The notes beneath the pieces are model-generated. The model worked only from the letters and a program-made list of their open reading frames with translations. It searched no databases and was not told the DNA's origin. A stretch of DNA of 64,000 nucleotides from Pseudomonadota bacterium (GTDB lineage: Bacteria > Desulfobacterota > Desulfobacteria > Desulfobacterales > JBDRRP01): positions 11,826-75,825 of the forward strand of contig JBDRRP010000073.1 in NCBI GenBank assembly GCA_043825735.1, written 5' to 3'. Within the stretch, counting starts at the first letter, position 1. Every line of letters begins with the position of its first letter. Both the position numbers and the translations under genes were made by a program. This document shows, one piece after another, positions 57,761-64,000 of this stretch.

Positions 57761-58591
57761 CTACCAGTCCTTACAAGCATCCACGAACTGACAATCCCCG
57801 CACATCCAGCTCTTGCTCGGCATGAATATGCGATCCTCGATGCCTGCCAGCACGGCAGCCGTCACCCTGGCGAACCGCCGCCGCTGTTCAGCACTCCTGA
57901 TCGTGTAGTGCTGCTCGAACTTGGGCGTTTTGAGTTTGCGCAGGACATCGAACCGGCAATAGACATCGGCCGTGGGGAACACATACCGGTTGGCGGCCAG
58001 CAGGTACGCATACGAGGTCAGTTGCAGGTCTTCATCGACCGTATCCTGAGCATAAGGGTTCTTGGCCGTCTTGTTGTCCACGGCGATCAGGTTGCCGGCC
58101 GCGTCCTTGAGCAAAAGGTCGATGAGGCCGGTGACCGTCATGTCCAGGGGCTCACCATCCACCGAATACAGCCTCGCTCTCAGCGGCAATTCGACGCCGA
58201 TCACCGTGAAGCCGGTCATGTCGATGCCGTAGTAGAAGGCCTCCAGCATTTTTCTGCCCATATCGACGGCGGCCTTCAGGTTCGGCGTCTGCTGCTTGTA
58301 AATGATGGGCACTTCCACCCGGTCCAGGCCGGCGGTCAGCACCTCGGTGAAAATATCCTGAAGCTGCCACAGCGGATCAGGCACTCCATTGTCCATTAGG
58401 CCACGGTGATACCGCTCAATGGCGCAATGAATCGCCGAACCAAAGGGAAGCGCGATGCTGATCCTTTCCGCCGGCCGCTGCTCGACGTACTGGAACTGGT
58501 ATTTCAACGGACAGGCCAGATAGGTGAACACCTGGCTGTAACTGATGTGAAGCTCATTTTGGAACATTTGTAGGGCCTGTTTTCTGAGCAT
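57761..58591 (-). CDS. PD-(D/E)xK exonuclease (RecB/Cas4-like, Fe-S Cys cluster)
   Basis: LACPLKYQF N-terminal Cys, GLIDLL..IAVDNKTAK nuclease core, C-terminal CGDCQFVDAC; start at ATG 58591 with AAGGAGG upstream. Confidence 0.8.
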   Translation of the reverse strand: MLRKQALQMFQNELHISYSQVFTYLACPLKYQFQYVEQRPAERISIALPFGSAIHCAIERYHRGLMDNGVPDPLWQLQDIFTEVLTAGLDRVEVPIIYKQQTPNLKAAVDMGRKMLEAFYYGIDMTGFTVIGVELPLRARLYSVDGEPLDMTVTGLIDLLLKDAAGNLIAVDNKTAKNPYAQDTVDEDLQLTSYAYLLAANRYVFPTADVYCRFDVLRKLKTPKFEQHYTIRSAEQRRRFARVTAAVLAGIEDRIFMPSKSWMCGDCQFVDACKDW

Positions 58592-58668
58592 GTTGGACCT
58601 CCTTATTTTTGGGCATGAAAAAGGGAAGGCCCGCCATGGAACCTTCCCCGTGGTTGAATGGATCGACG

Positions 58669-59601
58669 CTACCGGTTGCGCAGCCAATCGATGAGGCTGG
58701 ATGCATCGCTCTTGGTGATGTAATCGACTGCGGATCCATATGCCTGGAGGCAGTGCTCGTCCAAGGCCTGCTTGGTCATGCCCGCCGATTGGAGAAGATT
58801 CATGATGTAGCTGTATTGCTTGCCACTGAGACGGCCTCCGTTGTTGTTGCCATTGCCGCTATGCTGACGAGAGTGATTGCCGTTGCTCGGCTGATGGTTG
58901 CCGCCACCATTTCCGCCAGCCGGCGCGGAAGCTTGATTTCCTCCAACAGCACCCGTTCGAACGCCTTGCTTTGCCCCGGGATTGCTATCCTCCAGATCTT
59001 GCGTGAAGAGCTCCGATAGGCCAGCTACCCGCAGGGCGGCATCGATGTGCGCGGACTTCATCGCCATTTTCAGGCTCTTGTTGATATCACCATTATCCTG
59101 GCCCACCCGCCTGGCCCCGGTGCCCTCGGCGGCCACGAATCCATTTCCCGTGTGAAGCTCGCATTTGAGGATGATGACGTTGATGTCCTCCCCGCGAATC
59201 ACGGCGTTTTCATACTCGCTGAGATTGGGAAACCTTGGAATCAGCCCCAGCATGCCGCAGATTTTCTCGGCGCCGGGCTTCCACAAGGACGGCTTGCTCC
59301 AGTGCCTTGGGTCGATGCATTCATGGGCACGGCCCTCATTGGCAAGCCGGCAGTTGTCCTTTTTGACCACATGAATTTGGCCGTAATCGACGCCAGCCTG
59401 GAGATTAGAACTAATCCATCTCAGAAGGGCCTTGCGGTTGTCCTCACGGCGCACCAGAGCCTCCGAGAAACGCTCGACCGGCCAGTCCATGGGCGACCTT
59501 GGGATGACATTGGGAATGGCCACAGAGAGGTCCTGGGGCATCTCAGGGGGAAGTACTTCGGCGGTGTTCACCGGTCTCGTTTCCTGTCTTTCGTAAGTCA
59601 T
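58669..59601 (-). CDS. Putative single-strand annealing protein (Rad52/ERF-like) with Gly/Asn-rich linker
   Basis: KSLKMAMKSAHIDAALRVAGLSELF resembles the SSAP core motif, and an exonuclease gene follows immediately; assignment tentative. Confidence 0.5.
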   Translation of the reverse strand: MTYERQETRPVNTAEVLPPEMPQDLSVAIPNVIPRSPMDWPVERFSEALVRREDNRKALLRWISSNLQAGVDYGQIHVVKKDNCRLANEGRAHECIDPRHWSKPSLWKPGAEKICGMLGLIPRFPNLSEYENAVIRGEDINVIILKCELHTGNGFVAAEGTGARRVGQDNGDINKSLKMAMKSAHIDAALRVAGLSELFTQDLEDSNPGAKQGVRTGAVGGNQASAPAGGNGGGNHQPSNGNHSRQHSGNGNNNGGRLSGKQYSYIMNLLQSAGMTKQALDEHCLQAYGSAVDYITKSDASSLIDWLRNR

Positions 59602-59642
59602 GATTTCTTCTCCTTTTTGGGTTTGATGGGTCCAAAAACACG

Positions 59643-59675
59643 AAAAGCCCGGCAAGCACTCAGGCTCACCGGGCT
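59643..59675 (-). terminator. Intergenic hairpin plus T-run (minus strand)
   Basis: AGCCCGG..loop..CCGGGCTTTTCG on the minus strand. Confidence 0.5.
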
Positions 59676-59702
59676 TCTCCAGGGGTGGATGTCGTTGGGC
59701 GG

Positions 59703-59912
59703 TTAGCGCCAGTAAAGGCCGCTATCCAGAGCCTCCTGGGCTTCCTCGAAACTGCGATAATACCCACTCTCGCGGCTGTAGGGGCCGCAACAGGGGCAAA
59801 AGAAGCCCACGTAGTAGCCGGCCGCGCTGCGCTGGACGCCGATGTCCATCACGGACTGGCATTCACAGCAGAGGGTGCGGACCTCGTTTACGCATTCTCC
59901 GGGCAGAGTCAT
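59703..59912 (-). CDS. Small Cys-rich (zinc-binding) protein
   Basis: ..LCCECQ..FFCPCCGP.. Confidence 0.45.
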   Translation of the reverse strand: MTLPGECVNEVRTLCCECQSVMDIGVQRSAAGYYVGFFCPCCGPYSRESGYYRSFEEAQEALDSGLYWR

Positions 59913-59940
59913 AGGCGTCCTCCTTTACTGTTAATGTGGA

Positions 59941-60222
59941 TTATTTCCGACAGGTCAGCCGGTAATGCAGGTAGGAAAGATGCTCGTGGCAGTGTTCGGT
60001 GCTGGCACCGATTTCGATCTGCCATCCTCGGCGCGTCATGATTTCCTTGAGGCGGAAAATGGCGTCCTCGAATCGGTCATAGCCGTTGATGCAGTTGGGA
60101 TTGACGACAAGATCGGGTGAGCGGATGTTTCGCCACTGACCGTCATCGATAACGCGGGGAATGTTCCATGTGGTGTGGTTGATGGCGACTGCCACCATCT
60201 GAGAAAACTCAACGGACTTCAT
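59941..60222 (-). CDS. Hypothetical protein
   Basis: Start at the ATG giving MKSVEFSQMV. Confidence 0.4.
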   Translation of the reverse strand: MKSVEFSQMVAVAINHTTWNIPRVIDDGQWRNIRSPDLVVNPNCINGYDRFEDAIFRLKEIMTRRGWQIEIGASTEHCHEHLSYLHYRLTCRK

Positions 60223-60223
60223 C

Positions 60224-60439
60224 TCATGATTCACCTCCTTTCTGAAATTCCGGGCTGAATGAACAGTGCTGGCACCGAGTCTTGTCACGGCAGGCCCGGC
60301 AGACTTTTTCCTGGTCCAGGATCTGGGGCAGGTGCTCGAAGACCCTTTCGATGGTTTGGGTCATCGGAAGATCCAGAGCCCATGCGATCCGTCTCAAGGT
60401 GCTGGACGATTTCAGGGACAACTCTGGGGTGTAGGCCAT
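60224..60439 (-). CDS. Hypothetical Cys-containing protein
   Basis: Start at the ATG giving MAYTPELSLK; CRACRDKTRCQHC. Confidence 0.4.
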   Translation of the reverse strand: MAYTPELSLKSSSTLRRIAWALDLPMTQTIERVFEHLPQILDQEKVCRACRDKTRCQHCSFSPEFQKGGES

Positions 60440-60523
60440 TGGTGGACTACCTCCTTTCGAAATGAAAAAACCACTTGCCAGGGCTGGCAAATGGCTCCAT
60501 TGAAATTCTTGGAAATGTCGATC

Positions 60524-61093
60524 TTAGCCTATCTGGTCATAAATCCGCTGAATGATACCGTTGTCGGCCATGCTGTAATACCGATCATCGAACATCGAGA
60601 CGATGATGTGCTCATGAACGGTAATGCCAACGAGATGGCAGGCATGGATCAGCTTCTCGGTCAAAGCCAGATCCTCTGGAGATGGCTGAACATCACAACT
60701 TGGGTGGTTATGACTCAGGATAATTGCCGATGAGCTGGCCAAAATAGCGGGTTTAAGGACCTCACGAGGACAGACCTGGGCCGACGAGACGCTTCCGGTG
60801 CTGACGATGTTCACACCGATGATGGCGTTTTTCGTGTTCAGCATCAGGATGCAGAACTGCTCACGATCTGACTGGCCGTGGGTTTCGATGAGGCTCTTGA
60901 TGATTGGCTGGGCCTGCTGGGAGTTGGCGAGACGATCATTTGCAAAGGGCAGGCTCTTGTCTTTTACAAGAGTCACTCGGTAGGCGGGGATGAACTTGGA
61001 TGGGTAGGATGCCTGGGTAGTGGCGATGGACAGGGGCAACTGGCGGTGCGCGTAGGGCGTGGATTTCAACGATTTGGCTTTCACATGGATCAC
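60524..61093 (-). CDS. radC: RadC-like JAB/MPN domain protein
   Basis: ..ILSHNHPSCDVQPSPEDLALTEKL.. JAMM-type motif. Confidence 0.85.
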   Translation of the reverse strand: MIHVKAKSLKSTPYAHRQLPLSIATTQASYPSKFIPAYRVTLVKDKSLPFANDRLANSQQAQPIIKSLIETHGQSDREQFCILMLNTKNAIIGVNIVSTGSVSSAQVCPREVLKPAILASSSAIILSHNHPSCDVQPSPEDLALTEKLIHACHLVGITVHEHIIVSMFDDRYYSMADNGIIQRIYDQIG

Positions 61094-61515
61094 CTCCTCT
61101 CAATTGGAATGGTGTATAGGGATGGGGGTACCCTGGGGGGCTATAATATCAGGCAGCGAAATTTCCCCACCCCGCAGATCATGGGTGCCGGAGGCTATAA
61201 ATTTGACCGATTTTTTGAACTGGATTCCCATTTCGGGAAATGGCAGACAAAAGGCACCCTCAAAATATGCGGAGGGGCTGTGAGGGGACGACGACCACGA
61301 TGATAAGGGCTTGAACTTCCACTTACAATTCAGTAGCCTGCACAAATCTGTGGGGACTGCAGACCGCAAGAGGCTATTGATCCGGATTCGATCATAACGG
61401 ATTTCTCGGTTTAAGCAGGAGCGCAGGAAGACAATCACTTTGGAAATTGTTTTGTCCATGAGCTGGATAGATGCCGACACCAATAATCGTTGAACATCAT
61501 AGGCGATAGATCAGG

Positions 61516-62301
61516 ATGAAAATGGCCGAAATTCGCCAGCATGATCATTACAGCTTTCGAAACACCATTCGTGCCGGATGCATTCAGGAGTGCTGGCTTG
61601 TTTTCAATGAAATGGCAAAAGGCGCCGATCTTGAAAAGGTCCGCCGAGACCTGGCCAACGGGGTCATGCTTGGCCACTTTGCTTACAGTACCCGTATGGC
61701 GCTCTGGAAAATCCTCAGGACCCGTTACCTGAACATTTCAGATCCTTGGGTGCATGCCGAATTGATTCGGGCAAGCCGTTATGGTCCCGATGCTCCGGAA
61801 TTCATATCTCTGCTGTTTTTGTACTTCATCCTGAGAGACAAATTGGCCTTTGAATTTGTGGTGGAAATCATTTGGGGCAAATGGCTGTCCCACGATCTGC
61901 CTATTTGCAGCGGGGATGTCAGCGCCTTTTATTCACAACTATCTGAAACAAAAAATATTTTTGGAAAAATCACAGCAGAATCAAAAGGAAAGTTGATCCG
62001 CAACACGGTCTCCACCCTCCAAGACTTCGGTCTTGTGACTGGCAAGAAGCATCGGGTTATTACCCGCCCTCCCGTTGTTACACGCACCGCCTTTCACCTG
62101 GTGCGGTTGCTGGCGCACGAAGGGTTGTCTGGAAAGCAAATCGTCGAGTCTCCGGAGTGGCGGATTTTTCTTTGGGACCAACAAGATGTCTCAAAGATGT
62201 TCGCACGGTTGGCCCAGGAAAAGCTAATCCGCTATGAAAGATCCGGACAAGTCGTCATTCTCGAAATCCGTAAAGAACCCATCCCGGAAAGTGGGGCATG
62301 A
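61516..62301 (+). CDS. brxA: BREX protein BrxA (DUF1819-like)
   Basis: Called mainly from context: it is the first gene of a co-directional A-B-C array, with an ATGA overlap to the next gene. Confidence 0.6.
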   Translation: MKMAEIRQHDHYSFRNTIRAGCIQECWLVFNEMAKGADLEKVRRDLANGVMLGHFAYSTRMALWKILRTRYLNISDPWVHAELIRASRYGPDAPEFISLLFLYFILRDKLAFEFVVEIIWGKWLSHDLPICSGDVSAFYSQLSETKNIFGKITAESKGKLIRNTVSTLQDFGLVTGKKHRVITRPPVVTRTAFHLVRLLAHEGLSGKQIVESPEWRIFLWDQQDVSKMFARLAQEKLIRYERSGQVVILEIRKEPIPESGA

Positions 62302-62867
62302 TGAACGCGGACATTGCCTGGAAACTCAAAGAAGCGGCATCGCGCATCAAACAGCGCTATGCTTTTATCGGTCATCAATCCGGAGCGCCATTTCTTGCCA
62401 TTGTTTTTCCGCACGAGCAGGAAAAGTGGACAATGGGCGAATGGCGGGCACAAGCAGCCTTCTTTGACGATCAGTACGATTTGATCGACATTGATTTACT
62501 GGCCATTACGACCCAATGTATCGAAAATCTTGGACCTGAGAATCTAATTGCTGCACAGGAAGATCCAATGCCCGGCGCCGACCCAGACGTTGAGCTTGCC
62601 AATCTCTGGGTATCTGAAATCATAGCTACAATTTTGGATAGGCTCTCAGCGCATCACGGTAAACCGCCGGTATTGGTGATCGAAAAAACAGCCGCCTTGC
62701 ACCCCGTGACCGGTCCGAAATATCTACTTCAACAATTATGGGACCTCCACAGCGAAAAGATCCAGTGCCCGGTGGTCATTTTTATCCCTGGCCGACTTGT
62801 TGAAAAGCGGGTCTACCTATTTTTAAACACCAAAGAGGAATTCATGTATCGCGGTGAAATCCTATAA
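62298..62867 (+). CDS. brxB: BREX protein BrxB (DUF1788-like)
   Basis: 189 aa; size, position and the C-terminal ..FMYRGEIL end fit DUF1788. Confidence 0.7.
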   Translation: MMNADIAWKLKEAASRIKQRYAFIGHQSGAPFLAIVFPHEQEKWTMGEWRAQAAFFDDQYDLIDIDLLAITTQCIENLGPENLIAAQEDPMPGADPDVELANLWVSEIIATILDRLSAHHGKPPVLVIEKTAALHPVTGPKYLLQQLWDLHSEKIQCPVVIFIPGRLVEKRVYLFLNTKEEFMYRGEIL

Positions 62868-62890
62868 CGCCCCAGGAGGAGATTGTCCTC

Positions 62891-64000
62891 ATGATAATCG
62901 GTGACATTTTCGAAACACGGATCACAGAAAAAATCGAACCCGTCATCAAGGTGGGTGAGGTCCAGGATGAACGCAAACTCGCCGCGGAGATAGGCAGTTT
63001 TGTTGTTACCCCCCATATCGAAACATACATGGATTCATTCCTGGAGCATTATACTGACACGATACGCAAGCCGACCACGGAAATCGGGGTTTGGATTTCA
63101 GGCTATTTCGGATCGGGCAAATCGCACCTGGCCAAGATGCTGGCCCAAGTGACCGCGAACCGGAATCTGGACGGAATTCCAGCGGCCAAGCGCTTTAACG
63201 CCCGCGTGCCGCAATCCGCAGGCAAAAAGAAATCTCTGGAACGCTCCTTGAGCCTCTTGACCAATTGCGAGACCAAAGTTTTAGCCTTTAATCTCAATAC
63301 TCTGACGGACAGTCGCAACACGCCTTTGCCTACCCTGCTGTTATCCCAATATTACCAGTCCATGGGCTATGGAAGTAACCACATCTTTGCCAAGGTCATC
63401 GAAGCCGGCCTGGACAAGTATGGCAAATTGGACCAGTTTCACCAGGAAGTTGAAACCTTGGCGGGGAAACCCTGGATTACGATTCAGGCCAATCCTAATT
63501 TTTATCGCAAGCATCTTTATGCTGCCGTCTGCCGGATTGCCCCAGAGATGTTCTCGACACCGGAAGAGGTTTCTGAAGCCTTACGTAACGCCGAAAAGGG
63601 AGAGATCTATAACACGGATTTCTTGATACGCACGATCATCGAAGATATCAAGACACGGGAGCACCAAACCCGCAAACCTGCGCGCCTATTCTTTATCTTG
63701 GATGAATCCGGTCACTGGATTGAAGATAACCTCGGGCGGTTATCCCAGTTGCAGTCTCTGGCAGAAGAAGCCGCGGCTTTGGGTCAAGGAAAAATCTGGA
63801 TCGTTGTAACGACCCACGAAGATATGGGCTCGGTCTTCAAAAACGCCCGCGCCCTCGACACCGATTTTAAAAAAATCGAAGAGCGCTTTCGCTTCAAGTT
63901 CGGACTGACGACTGAAAACATTGAGCTGGTGTTGGAAGACCGCATTTTCAAAAAAACGCTCAATGGTAAGAAGGAGGTGGAATCGCTTTATCAACAGAAT
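62891..64000 (+). CDS. brxC: BREX P-loop protein BrxC/PglY, N-terminal 370 aa (truncated by the window end)
   Basis: Not in the ORF track because it has no stop in the window. ATG 62891 after AGGAGG; Walker A WISGYFGSGKSHLAKML, Walker B FFILDESGHW. Confidence 0.85.
   Translation, partial: MIIGDIFETRITEKIEPVIKVGEVQDERKLAAEIGSFVVTPHIETYMDSFLEHYTDTIRKPTTEIGVWISGYFGSGKSHLAKMLAQVTANRNLDGIPAAKRFNARVPQSAGKKKSLERSLSLLTNCETKVLAFNLNTLTDSRNTPLPTLLLSQYYQSMGYGSNHIFAKVIEAGLDKYGKLDQFHQEVETLAGKPWITIQANPNFYRKHLYAAVCRIAPEMFSTPEEVSEALRNAEKGEIYNTDFLIRTIIEDIKTREHQTRKPARLFFILDESGHWIEDNLGRLSQLQSLAEEAAALGQGKIWIVVTTHEDMGSVFKNARALDTDFKKIEERFRFKFGLTTENIELVLEDRIFKKTLNGKKEVESLYQQN

Larger units (their letters stand above)
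31163..64000. mobile_element. Integrative genomic island inserted at tRNA-Asn (right boundary beyond the window)
   Basis: An integrase gene ends 75 nt from the tRNA; xis-like, MerR-like and primase-helicase genes follow; mosaic base composition; defence cargo. Confidence 0.8.

Noticed and set aside
31163-64000. Search for attR (a second copy of the tRNA-Asn 3' end) inside the window
   Set aside because: I found no repeat of GGTTCGAATCCGTGCTGGGGAGCCA, so the island's right end cannot be placed from this window.

Overview
The window has two very different halves. All functional calls come from motif and architecture recognition in the supplied translations and from reading the DNA by eye. No database search, folding or alignment software was available.

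(1) Bases 1-31,080 are GC-rich chromosomal backbone with ordinary housekeeping and accessory genes:
- a DUF4143-type AAA ATPase, a CaCA antiporter and a hybrid histidine kinase;
- a radical SAM protein, transketolase, an IHF/HU-family protein, RarD and YhbY;
- a C_GCAxxG_C_C protein, and a rhodanese plus MauE/DoxX pair;
- a GldA/F/G-like ABC system with a DUF4340 partner;
- a lysine-2,3-aminomutase cluster with two Ddl-like ATP-grasp ligases and a GNAT-HDAC-GNAT fusion;
- a CdaA-YbbR fusion.
The intergenic regions of this half carry several families of dispersed palindromic repeats.

(2) From tRNA-Asn (31,087-31,162) to the end of the window lies an integrative island of more than 32 kb; its right end is not in the window. 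It has a tyrosine integrase, an excisionase-like HTH gene, a MerR-like regulator and a prim-pol/D5 primase-helicase. Its composition is a mosaic of a GC-richer, mostly minus-strand backbone and visibly AT-rich cargo inserts.

Recognisable anti-phage cargo in the island:
- a 1300-aa nuclease-STAND NTPase (Avs-like);
- a kinase-cytidine deaminase fusion (dCTP-deaminase type defence);
- the start of a BREX locus (brxA, brxB, and brxC truncated by the window end).

Unexplained items worth follow-up:
- a 7-gene AT-rich block with two tandem ankyrin-repeat paralogues and no recognisable enzymes;
- an orphan ORC/Cdc6-like AAA+ ATPase sitting in an insertion slot whose flanks are homologous to those of the deaminase slot;
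- a dyad-operator array;
- a promoter-region block shared by the ankyrin genes and the island replication module;
- an extremely acidic small protein;
- a frameshifted UvrD-like helicase.
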